A stretch of DNA of 64,000 bases from Zygnema circumcarinatum SAG 698-1b (taxonomy: Eukaryota > Plantae > Zygnematophyceae). Where the stretch lies: assembly GCA_037447605.1 (NCBI GenBank), contig CM074806.1:1736001-1800000 (forward strand), read 5' to 3'. Below, in pieces: positions 13,501-25,672 of this stretch; within the stretch, counting starts at the first letter, position 1; each line of letters opens with the position of its first letter. A program made the position numbers and the translations under genes. The notes under the pieces were generated by a model. The model ran no database searches. It was not told the DNA's origin and was given only the letters and a program-made list of their open reading frames with translations.

Positions 13501-16500
13501 CAAACCTTATTCGCCTCAAAAAACTCTTGGAAGCCCGCTGATCCGAGTATCTTATCTTGTTCTTTCCTGAAAATCTTCTTTGAAATGCGAAGTTTGACTT
13601 CCATTGTCTTATCATAATCAACAACCTGCACGTTCAAGATTGAATCGTGTTACCAACCAGGGCTGATCTTTCTACAGCAGGTCATTCGATTTCCTTCACT
13701 CATGAAAAAAATGAGACACGACTCCCAATGAGACATCCTTCTCAAATTTGATCAAACCACCACTTGACACGTAACCTACTGACAAATAGGCTGAATTCTG
13801 AAAAAGTAGAAATGCACGCTTTCTCAACTTGAAGCTAAAAAATACGGACGCAAGCCCCAAGAAAGCCAGAAGACCTTCTACAGCCCACAACCACATGCTA
13901 ATTGTTGCTCATGCAGGAGAGATTTAGGGAGTAGTTGGAGTTCAAGCACAGTACGTCTAGGTTAAGGCGTTGCTGTGCATCATCAATCTCAGCCTGCATA
14001 TCAATGAAAAGAAAGGTGGTCAGTGACAACGGGCCGTTGCTTATCTTAACACCAATACTTCTTTTCATATAAATCTTCCATCCAATACAGGTGGTAAATA
14101 ACGTTCAGACAGTTCAAGAATGCAAGAAGTCGATTAAGGCCCCAACTTCCTCTAATGTGCTTGAGTAAATCCATTGCCACAATGGCAGACCAAGCTCTTC
14201 ACCTCCTACCTGAATATCGGCTGGAATATTATCTGATAGAGCTTGCAAGCGAAGGTATAATGGATGGAGGGCGAACACAGAGAGGGAACTGCATAACCAC
14301 ATGCATGTCGATTTTCAGATGCCATACACGCAACACACCGTCGAATCCAGAACAATGCAGCTTGCCAAAGGAAACCTCGCTCACTAGGACTCAAGTCGAC
14401 TGAAAAGGAAACAACCTTCTCAATTTCAGCATGAAATACTTGAAATTTTTCTTTCTGAGCACAACTTTAGGCGCAAGTAGAGAAGACGGCGAGGAGATAT
14501 ACTGGAAATACAATTAAAAGTGATACCAAGGTATATTGGAAGACTGTCAGAATTGAGATGAAAGCATGTGGTCAAAATCATGGCTAAATTTAGCTGATTG
14601 TGATCATTCCTGACAGCTACTGATCCCCAATTGCCGAATCAGGTGTACGTTTGAAGTTAAACGAGCTTGGCGCTTTACACTGACAATGGCAGAGCCACTT
14701 CCTACGCAAACTAAATGACAGATTGGGGGTTCAAACTTAGCACGAAACTTGTTTTGAAAGCAAGAAGAGAATCGAAATATTTTCTCATTTTATTTGGGAA
14801 GCTAGCTACCAACTCCTGAATAACAGCAAGTAGAGCTGCATCTATGATTTTTCCAAGCTTAGATTTCCATTCTAATGCGCAGCCTCTGAATCGCACACAG
14901 CAATAGCAAAAAGACATCCCGTTATGCTCGAGTCAAAGCTTCACAGAAAATGCAATCCACCATATTCTGAAGTTTCAAGAGTACACCAGCAAAAGACAGC
15001 AGGTTGCAGTTTGAGCCTAGGCTGCAAAAGTACAGATATGCAGAAAGACTTGTCATAACCACTTAACCGACGACCCGTGAGCTCACTAAACATCTCTTCT
15101 GTTCCCCAAACACAGTCTACCTGCCACCTTTTTGAGCCTTCCTGGATCAATATCTGACCCTCACAGGAGACTGGCGTCCAGTCAAATTTTCTAGCCTTGG
15201 CCCTGCCTGGGTCTAAGAGGTTTCAGAGCTTTCCCACATGCTCAAACATCCATGCAGAGCGGTGCAAAGATCTGCGCCATTGAAATTCGCGACAGATCCT
15301 TAATCAGAGACAGCCCACATCACTTTGGGATGAGGTTGATCAGATTCATTGTCTCACCTGTACGGGTAGGAGTCGTACCACATGCCATTTACAGATGTGT
15401 CATTTACAGGAAGCAATTGAATTAAGTGCATGGCCGATTTTACAGAAAAGTCTACAAGTAACTTGATATCAAGGAATTCTCCAGAACCGACATCCTTGTT
15501 GCTCCTTAAAGAGAATACAGGAATAGCCACACCGCCACCTCTCCACGGAGCAGCCTGCGGCATCAATAAAGCGAAGGGACGCAGCACCACCATCAGAATA
15601 TGTGCAGTAATCAAGTTCCATGGCCTCCAGAGCAGGAAAATTTGCTTAACAGTTGCGTGGAAAAAAACAGATGGGGAATGCAAGCGCATGCATTTGAGGC
15701 CAATACCCGGAAGCTTCCATCCGAGACAAAGATCATAATAGAGGGCTTCCTTGCAGAAGTATCGAGACCGAGCTCAATGTCATCGCCATACTCGGGAATG
15801 ATCCTGCCGTCTTTATCCTTCAGAATATACTTATACGTAAAGTTGCGTCAAGGCTCACCAGAGAGACGCGTCCACAAACGGTCTTGACTGACACAAGTAT
15901 CCTAGCAACACTTGATATTGTAGCACCCAAGCATGCGACCCTCAACTGTCATAGAGACCAAGGGATATGATGCCAAGGTACAACTGCGGAAGCAATATAT
16001 CAGAACTACAACTGCAAGAATGAAAAGTCTCCTAGAGAAAAATTAAACATGACGAGTGACAAAGGCGACCCCCCATTAAAAAATGCCTTTCAAAAATAAC
16101 AAAAAGTAGCAGTAGCATGTATTATTTTTAGTGGTGGAATCATTTATGATTAGTCGAAGTCGTAATGGTAGCGTAGTAGTAGTAATAGTCCACCATCCAG
16201 CACTTCAAAGCTAGGATGTTTCAAAACTTCGAGTTTCACTTGAAATGACAAGTTTCAGCAGTAGATAGAAGCTTTTACTGCTACTCGTCGTCAATCTAAT
16301 TCAAAAAAGTTCAAAAAGGATATCTGATCGGGAACTCAGCGCGCTTGATGGTTGCGTCCACCTCCCAGACTAGGCCTGACGTGCGAACCAAAGGTAAAGC
16401 AGCATTTGCATTCCAGTCTCCGAGGCTCGTAGCGCTCCCAGTCAAATAAACCTGCAGACTTACAAGACAACATGTCACACAGCATTCACTGCCAGGACCA

Positions 16501-18115
16501 CATCTCCAAATACTCCACCAAAGGCTGGAAGTTCAAGAAAGACTCAAGATTTGCATAGACAGTGCAATATGCCTGCGAAAAAAATCTGAATTGTTTTATG
16601 AGTTCAGAAACATAATGAACCATTCAAAACAATATGAAAAAATTTCAGCATTACTTTTGTCATGAATCTGCATACGGAGAATGTAACGGAATTTTACAAC
16701 AATTGTCTCATGTATCGACGAGAGCCTCCGAGACTGAAGAGAGCAATAGGTTGAGACACATAGATGCTTGCAGGCATACTATCATTGTCTCTGCTGAAGA
16801 TTCCGTGGTCCAGGTCTACTCCCGCTCACCTTCTGCCCTTTTTGAAGCCTTGAGCAGCGAATGCGAAACCGAAGGACAATGGAGTCTGTAACACAACAGT
16901 ATTAGGAAAGTTTTAAACACCCTTCGGAGCAAAGGAAAAAATCAACTATTCAAGTCAGGGACACATAATCGCATATTGATTCTCAGACTTTCAGAAAGAG
17001 TGAAAAAAAGCACTGTAGCAAGTACCGCAATAATATTCAATATACATCCTATTTATTTTCTACTTATCCGCTTTTAGCATCTAAGTAAGAAGTTGCAGTC
17101 AGGCTGCAAACTGCTGCCACAAAGTCTGCGTCACATTCGTGGCCTTTGTCACATGGTGTCATTGCAAAAAACGGCACAGCATATGAAGAACCCGAGTGAA
17201 ATAGTCACAATATAGCGAGTCTTTACCAGGAGGCGGTAAGCCTTCTTGGCACACGGATGGCAGGACGCTCAAGTTCTCTTCGGGCTCCGCCATATCTTCC
17301 TCGGCTTTTCCAAAGATAACCTTCCTGAAGGCGTCTTGGGAAAGAAGAGCTTCTGGCGAAGAGCCATCCTGCCGACGCCCAACCAAGGCCATCATTTTTT
17401 CTTTCTCGCATAAGTAGCCGTTCTGCAGGTCAAAACATTATTGCACGCCTTTCTCACAGCTTCCCCCTGCGTATCTAGCGCCTCCTTGAAAATGACCGGA
17501 GCATCTTATTTCTTTCATCCGTTTTGCATTATTGAACACAAATGAAATAGGATGAGAAGCCAATGGCTTGCGATTCCATAGGTTTCGAGAATATTTGAAT
17601 ATTTGAATATTTGAAGTAATTGCTTCCTCCATAGAAACCTGTCCACAGTTTAAAAATGCAGGAATGTTCTTTTCTTGACATTTTGCGGCTTCGCAATGTG
17701 AACTGTATCCACCACAGCTGCCTTTTTGGATGCAAACGCTTAATACCTGCCACGAGTCTAAGACGTCGACGACTGCACCATCCGGTAGCCCTTCAGGCAG
17801 CTGCAACTTCCGAGATTCTCCACCCTCCCACTTCAACACGTTCAGCTTCTCGTCGACCAAGACATACTTGTAATCCAGCTCAAAGTTTTCCGGAACCGAC
17901 ACATTCGCTTGCCAAACCAGGTGCTCTCCTTCGTGGTGAGGAGTCATCCACACTCCTTGCTTGACATTGCTGCTGCCAAAAAGGATATCGGAGCCGCATA
18001 TCATCAAGTTCTGACCCCAGACGGTGTAATAGGGCAACTTGAACCGCAAGTTGACACGGCTATAGCGCTTGAAGGGCGACACCCGCGGCGAGGGCGGCAC
18101 TCGTGGCGTAGCCAT
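7515..18115 (-). CDS. DPE2: 4-alpha-glucanotransferase DPE2 (disproportionating enzyme 2; two CBM20 domains + GH77), about 21 exons
   Basis: CBM20 exon (FKLPYYTVWGQNLMICGS), PWRGGGVAIPVFSLRS, QLLPVNDTS, LKGDLPIGVDRNSVDTW, GAPPDMFDANGQNWGFPTYNW, catalytic motifs YRIDH, CGEDLG and CHDCSTLRAWW, and last exon VHVTMESLLAD ending at stop 7515-7517. The start may lie further upstream (in-frame ATGs at 18214 and 18490). Confidence 0.97.
9775..10058 (-). other. GC-AG intron in DPE2
   Basis: Donor CAC AG|GCAAGA and acceptor tgcag|C AAG GAC join to give DLDEHSKDVLKRLY, matching the conserved DLDDHSKNVLKRLY. Confidence 0.85.
15837..16323 (-). other. U12-type (minor spliceosome) AT-AC intron in DPE2, 487 nt
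   Basis: 5' end ATATCCTTTT; branch CCTTGAC at 15853-15847, about 11 nt from a 3' end tttAC. The junction restores EFPIR|YKYILK (homologue DFPIKYRY). Confidence 0.92.
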
Positions 18116-18472
18116 GGTGCGGCCCTCGCGCTGGTGCGGAGGCTGAGACTGCTGGGCGGGAGGCTGCTGCTGCTGCTGCTGCTGTTGAGGGTCCTCCGGA
18201 AGCAGCGCGCCCATGCACGGCACGCAGGACGGAGCGCGGCTGGGAGGGAGCCCGAGGTGCCGCGAGAGGAGGGGGAGACGGAGAGGGAGAGGGAAAGGGA
18301 GGGAGGGAGAGAGGAGAAGCAGAGGGAGGGAGAGGGAGGGAGAGAGCAACCTGCGGCGGTGCGGGGCTGCCACGTGGGGCGTGACGGGGCTTGCGCGGAC
18401 GCGCCAGCTGGCGGGCACGCCGCGATGTGGGGCCGAGTCCGACTCAGTTCCGTGTGAAAGGACGGGAGCTGA

Positions 18473-18762
<290 letters not shown>

Positions 18763-19466
18763 AACAGGACTGCTTGGAGAAAGGGCAATGGAACCTTTGA
18801 CGCGGCGTTAAGCTCGCAGCCTTTTATAGTCTTTCGTTCGTCTCGTTCGTTGGTTATTTCCTTGTGGCCGATTCGCAGTGGCTGTGTGTGTGTGCCAGTG
18901 CGGTCCGTGTCCAGTTCGTGGCATCGCCATCGTGAGACCAAGGCACTTCGTCCACTTCTAGTACAGTATGGCATTTGGAAAATAAATTGAGGAAAGTGGT
19001 ACAATACAGCTGGAGATACTTACAAAACGCACACCGTCGGTCTGTTTGAATGCAAAAAATTCAGAATTGGGCGGCGTCTATTATTAGACGTTTGGTGGTT
19101 TTTAGGGTAGTGCAGAACACACCAAGATCAAATGAAATCAACCAAATGAAAGAAATGTGTGAGGTGAAATTGGAAGTAGCGAATGCTGAATGAAATTATT
19201 TCTTTCAATAACGGCCTGAAACAGCCAGGCATATATATCACAATGAATTGGGAAGTGACTGAAGCCAAGATGAGAGACTTGCCCTATTCTACATTGGAAG
19301 TCGGCCCATAGGCATGGGGTACATTTTCCACCTGTGAAGAACCTTAGGAACGAACGAAGCGGAGGAAATGTGCGGTACAGGCACTGCACTGGCAGCCAAT
19401 CCTATCGCGAGCATCCTTGAAATGGTCGATCGAGCCCCCCCTCCCCCCGCCTCTCCTCCAGCAGTC

Positions 19467-21657
19467 CTATGCAGGCGAGGCAAAAAGTGAGGCAACACTC
19501 GACGCCGGCAGCATCCGAAGCGACCGCTCAACTCGGGTCCCATAAAGGTGGCTATTTCTGAACTGCAAAGCGTCTTTTGAAGGCGGCTGTGAAACTCGCT
19601 CCTGCAGCTTTGCCAGGGGCAGCTTCTCCACACCACTCCTGGTTCAGCCAAACAGAGCACGGTTTAGAATGAAGACCATGAGCCAACAGGTTGGAGCTTC
19701 TCCAACATTGCATGCTGGAAAGGCAGATGAAATGTACAGAACAAGCCATAAGTCTTTACAAGCGGCTGCGGCTGACAAATAGCTGAGCACTAGCATTTCC
19801 CAAGCAATCAGGCCGGGAAAAACCAAGATTGCCTACCTCGAGTTAGTGCCTTTGCTCTTCGTTTTCTTTTTCTTGGAAACTACCCTGGTCACCTGCTTCG
19901 CAGCATTGCCCTCATCTTCAGCTGCTATAGCTGTCCTGTATCAGCCAGAAAAGACCCCCCAATTTCTTATCACAGTAAATACCGCTGCAGTGATGCCACG
20001 GGCAGACAAAGACAAAGGACAAATACATGTTGCCCACGTATCAAACAGCTGCGTCTCATCATCAACGAGATTCGGTCATCTCCGGTTTCTAGGCTCTCCT
20101 TCATGCTCCTGGCGACAAAAAAACATTTAAGGATATAAGCGACAAGGCCTTGCCTCTCTTGCTCCGCGATCGCCTGCAAAACTTCATCTGGCAAACGAGG
20201 GATAATGGCCTCTCTCTTGCCACGACCGGATCTATTGCCTCCTTCCTTGGCCTTCAGTTGCTTCATCCCGACAAGCCCACCCTCCCCTCCCCCTCCGTCC
20301 GCCTGCTCTTCAGCTTCGGCACCCTCCTCTTCCCTGCCGGAAGTTGACCCTTTACGCATTCGGACCCTTTCCTGTACACTTTTTCTTCGCTTTGTGAGTG
20401 ACCCTTCCTCTACATCCTCCTTCGCTTCCTCTGACTTTTGTCCCCGTTTTCGCCGCTTTTCCTTGGCATCTGCTGCAACCCTGCAGAACAGACACCCAAA
20501 AATGGAAACATGAAGGAGAAACTCCACAACATCGGCTGGCAGCTGAAGTCAACAATCACGAAACATTCAAATGATTCGACTTGCCAGAAAGCTGACAAGC
20601 ACAACAAGATAAAACAAGAAGCGGCACTTAACAAATGTTGCTTCCAGCGACTGTTCCTTCAGGATTCCTAAACTAAACTGCATAGAGAACGTCGCAGTAG
20701 AGGCGTCCAAAAATACATGCACACCGACATGTGCGGGATGACATGTTCATTCAATTGATTCTACACGTTTACCGCTCATGTATGCTCTGGAAAGGCAATA
20801 AACAAATGCTTCAATTCAGAATCTCCAGCTCTAAGATAAATAGCTTCGACGGGAAACGAAAATATAGAACTTAACGCACAATATTTTTCAAGATCAGCAT
20901 ATATTAAATCATACGGTGTGGAAAGGACGTTAAAATAAAGGGTTTCAGGATCATTTTGAAAGATAAGTTATTCATTATTAATGGCTATCAACCTTAAGTT
21001 GACAACGCTTTCTGCCCAACATGGAGGGAATGTTATAAAAATGGCGGCCATTGCTGCCTTTTTTGTCCAACCATACAATTACTACATGATGGTGAAGAGC
21101 AGCAGCTTCGATTGATCGCGCTGCTGCTCAGACCACATTCGCAAGGCGGGCTAGATGCATACATTTGTCGAGCAGCCCTCTCATCTCTCCGCTTTCTCTC
21201 GGAATCCAGCCGTCCCTAATGCCGCCCAAAAGCCCTGAACCCGTCAGTCCCAGCTTCGACAGCCCCGAAGTCTGTCCATCTATAGTACGACGATTACTAG
21301 TCTACAAAAACTGAATGCTTTTTTAATGCATCTTTCTTTATTTACCAAGTCAAGGTAAGAGATTTTTGACTTAACCTTATTGCACACTCTAAATGTGAAC
21401 CCTAAATACTGCACAGTCATGTGCATGGGTTTATTATGCCAAAGTCGGCATGTGTCTGGTAACAAGCCCATGCCAACAAGGTGCAAGACACCACGTAGCT
21501 GAGCAGCTCAAACCCCTTCTCTGTCTAAGCAAAAAGCGCTTAGCCAGAAAGCGATTTGAGAGTCCGTTCATACCTGTGCGATGCTCACTTCCTCTACCGC
21601 GCCATCAGAATCGCTCCCTCCCTCCCCCTCCGCCCCTCCATAGGGCTGCGATTCCAT
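19467..21657 (-). CDS. Small acidic/basic nucleolar-type protein, NOL7/Utp16(Bud21)-like, 5 exons, 244 aa
   Basis: Exons 21657-21574, 21215-21163, 20480-20154, 19935-19837 and 19638-19467 sum to 735 nt in one open frame. Motifs SDSDGAVEEVS, RLPDEVLQAIAEQE and ALQFRNSHLYGTRVERS resemble U3-snoRNP-associated NOL7/Utp16 proteins. The family assignment is from memory. Confidence 0.72.
19936..20153 (-). other. GC-AG intron in the NOL7-like gene
   Basis: Donor GAG AG|GCAAGG is in phase 2 and the acceptor tacag|G ACA GCT is in phase 2. It was the only donor found that closes the frame. Confidence 0.7.
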
Positions 21658-21896
21658 CTTCTTCGCCCTTCCTCCACAGCTGAAAGCCTGTCAGCAGCCG
21701 CCGGCCCCAAGTGCGCCCTCTTGAGGGCTGACCCGCGCGGCGAGTGGCGAGCGCTGCGCTGCCTTCACTTCGGCCCCTTCAGCCCTTCAGCCCTTCAGCC
21801 CTCCGCCATGGACTGGCCTGGAAGACTCGCTGCACTCCGCTCCACACCCGGACCGGCTTCGCGTGAGTCTTCCCGGAAGGCGCGTCCGGGGCTTCA

Positions 21897-22024
21897 GGGT
21901 TAGGCTTTAGGTTTTTAGGGTTGGTTTTGGGGTTTTGGGGTTTTGGGGTTGGTTTTGGGGTTTTGGGGTTTTGGGGTTTTGGGGTTTTGGGGTTTTGGGG
22001 TTTTGGGGTTTTGGGGTTTTTGGG
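21897..22024. repeat. Interstitial telomere-like tract: degenerate TTAGGG/TTTAGG units followed by 11 perfect TTTTGGGG units plus one variant
   Basis: agggttaggctttaggtttttagggttgg followed by (ttttgggg)n from 21925 to 22016, with one ttgg interruption. Confidence 0.92.
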
Positions 22025-22826
22025 AACACAGAGCCAGAGCCTGTCAGTGCTGCGCTCGAGCGAGTCGTTCCTCTAAAACGCATTTCTTTGGTTCCCGGGT
22101 CGCGTGTGACTGCACTCGTCTTTCTCCTTTCTACCTTTGCCCGCATACATTTGAGGGCATCCCCATCGCGACGTCCATATGCCCATACATCCTTTTCTTT
22201 TCCCGGCTGCTGCTATAGACTCCTGTTGCTGCTGCTGCTGCTGCAGGAGTCTGCTCCTAGAAACTGACCACACAGAGAATACTGCTTCCTTCAAGAGCGG
22301 TGTTGAAGATCTTCACGAGAAAGTAGAGATTCCAAAGTGGTGGGCAAACACAGAGGGCCGATGGCAGCACAGTGCGAGGACTAATGATGAAGCCCATGAG
22401 AATAAGTCCCAGTGGTTCTCCTCTTGGCACGGAGGCCACACTTACAGACTTTGGCTATGCTAAAAACATTGTGCTTACAACGCGATAGGAAAATCAAAAC
22501 ATTCAAGGTTGCAAAGCGCACATGTGACATGGACTCATTGCCTTTGGGGGGGTCTCCCTGAGCTAGACCCCAGCCTGCCATGCAGATCAAGAACAAGTCT
22601 CCCCTGAGAACCAGATGAGCTCTGTTGGAAAATGACTTCAAAATTTTGATAAAATTTTTGAAGATCACCCAGAATCTGCTGCAGTGGCAAAGTAGGGGCC
22701 GAGCCTGGGCCGAGAAACGAATCAACGGTTCCCACGCCTTCTGCCTCCTGCTTTCTTTCTTGGGCTACTCACTGCCCAACGTCCGCATTTCTAGGTTTCT
22801 GACAAAGTCCAGCGCCATTCTGCTCT

Positions 22827-25601
22827 TTAGCTCATTTTACTCTCCACATAGGCCATCGCCTTGGCCTTCACTTCCTCCTGCCTCCCCTCATCGCCATGGG
22901 ACTTTTCGTAGTCGAGATACTTCTTGAACAGAAACTGCACAAGCCAATCACAGAATTTACAAGAGTCAAATCGAGCCTTTTTTCAAAGTCAACATTGCAA
23001 CATTGCCTTTCAGGCATCGTGGCCTTCATTCGCGTAGCTGCTAACCTCTGTCTTTATTAAAAAAACTCACACACACCTGCCTGCCTTCACAGCGTTCCTT
23101 CACAGCGCATTCATGCTCTTTGTACAATACTACTAAAGGAGGGAACACAGAGCGACGGAGCGGAGCGTGGTGACACAAACTGTGAGCGCCTTGCAAAGAA
23201 ACAGTTCCATCCTTTAACACACCTTCATTTTCTTGGCAGGCAAGTCGAGCGATATGGCTCTTTCAAACAGACCGCGGATCAGTGTTTGATCTTGGAGCCG
23301 AATCTCCTGTCACATTCACGATGGCTGCAGGTCAGATACTTTAACACCTCAAAGTTCATACCTCCTTCACCCCGGCAAAGGGTTGAAGAAGGTCTCTGCA
23401 TTCACCAAAATGTATTAGGCACCATTCCAGTCTGCATGAGACCCGAGGCATATCTGGCAAGATTGAAAACAAAATCAGGCCAGCTAGAAGGTGACTGATG
23501 GAGAGCACAGAAGCCCAATTTACCTGGTCTATATAGATACTCCATATGTCAGTCCTCTTCGGGTAATTGCGCAGAATCCCATCAAACATGGCTCGTGCTC
23601 GCTCTGCTTGCCCGTGGCGAAACTCCAACAAAGCTGCATGAGAGATCACCTGAAAGATAGATTGCCGAGAGGCAGAAACGTGAGCCACACAGCATTCATA
23701 ACCACGTGAATGGCAGACTATCTTCCCCCCCCCTAAAACTTTGTGAAAAGAGGGAAGGGCAGGGGGAAGCTACAGTGAGAAATCAGACGAGTTGTACCGA
23801 GTTTATCTTTATGCTTATTGATTGTAAGTTGATTGCTTTTCCATGTGTATGTGCACGGTGCTGTTTCACGTTGTGTGGCATATGTGTAAGATGGTCATTA
23901 CGTACAGTGTCCAGCATGTCCTCACTGTCAAAAGAGATGCTATTTGGACTACTCACAGTCACTTCCCCTAGTGTTCATGCGTCAATTGGAAGTGTGCCCT
24001 GCTGCCCTTGACGGCGATCAAGTCAGTCTTGTACACGGAGGAGCGTTATCTAATGCAGCCTATGAGTCTGAAGACCCTTCTGGCAGACCTTAACTCTAAA
24101 ATTACATCAGACCGTGCCATCTGCTCCTAACCCATGGGGCCAATCAGTTCTGAAATCAATCTGATCTAATCTGTTTTGCACCGTCGTGAATGACCTCACC
24201 CGGGCATTGGTGCTCATAAGCAGCAGCTCTCAGTTCCCACCTTAATGTGCTTGCGTTTCGGAAGGCTCAGCAGTGACCGGTCAAGCAACTTCCGCGCTCC
24301 ATCCTGAAGACCCCTTTTGAGCAGATTCTGAATCTGCCTCAGCCACACCTGCAATTCTCCACCCAAGCAAAAGTTATCCAATTGAAGCACATGTCTGACA
24401 ACTGCTACAGGTCTAACGGGACAGGCAATAAGGTATTGAACAGGCATACGAAATCTAGGTTTCTTCTGACCAAGCAGTAGAAACAGCCCTTTTGCGTTTC
24501 TTGCCCTGTTACAGCTCCTTACAAGGGATTCTCAGAATAATGTTTATCGATTCAGATGACGAGAAAAGTATCCTCCCGTTTCCTTCTCCAGATCACCTCC
24601 ATACTTTGGTAAGGCACGAACCCTATCAAAGTAGGATGGATGGGCCATGAGGTGCAAAAAAAAAAAAAAAGAAAGTGAGCAGTGTTTCACTTGCCGTACC
24701 TTGGATGAAGTGTTGAATCGTTTTGTCATCGAGCGGAAGAGTTCATCTGCCATGTCATGCTGCTCTGTTCGCTCGTAGAGGCCAAGCAAGGCAAGGTGCA
24801 GCTTTTTGGGATCGCAATATTGAAGACCCCGCTGGAAAGTTTTCAAAACTGCTTCCTGCATACTCACTCAAGATGGTACGAATAAGCCAAACAATGAAAA
24901 TAATTCCAGGTGATGTCATGGGCTTGAACTTGACTATTTTCAGCAAACAGAAGCCCATAGGAGGAGACGTGTGACTTCGCATCACCAAGATTCCAACTCC
25001 AGTTTCATCTACTCATAACTTAACGAGCTGTACAAGACACACTGCAAACCAACGGAAGAACAAAGCATATCATCCAATGTGGTCAACAACAAACGCGTCA
25101 TCACACACGCAGCCAAACCCTAAAAACAATGGTCACTTGCCTTTGGCGGATCCCCATACATGTTCTCGAGGTTGAGATACGCCACCCACACGTTCATCTT
25201 CTCCCCTTCCTCACGGTACGGAATAGTGGCCAAGGCCCTGCCTCCATTCACCTCAACAAAGTTACACCTCCACCATTCCTGTATGTACTAACCCAAAGCC
25301 ACCCTTAAACCCAGCGAGAGACTGACTGACCTTTCCGCCACTGCGCGAGCCTTGTCGACCTCCGCCAGGGAGAGGAGGAAGGCCATGAACTTGATCCACA
25401 CGAAGCTGCTCGCGGGGGAGGCCACCACCGCCCGCTCATAGTCGTCGATACTTGTGGGGGCCTCAAGGCCCTGCAGCCTCTGCTCTTCTGCAGCCACTAT
25501 AGCCTTCTCCCTGGGACCCATGTTGCATATTAGAATCATCGCTGAAAGAAAGAAAGAAAGAAAAAAAGGAAGAAAGAAAGAAAGCAAGAAAGAAAGAACG
25601 A

Positions 25602-25637
<36 letters not shown>

Positions 25638-25641
25638 ACGA

Positions 25642-25672
<31 letters not shown>

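Noticed and set aside
17981-17990. ATATCCTTTT U12-like donor on the minus strand
   Set aside because: It lies within the conserved DPE2 first exon (CGSDILFGS) and no intron is needed.
20126-20136. ATATCCTTAA U12-like donor in the NOL7-like gene
   Set aside because: Wrong phase for the next exon, and no U12 branch site with an AC end was found. The GC donor at 20153 closes the frame.
21907-22267. PKTPKPQN and GVLGFWG ORFs; also ciliate contamination as the source of T4G4
   Set aside because: The ORFs are repeat translations. The tract is embedded without a gap between two host genes and grades into plant-type units, so contamination is not supported.
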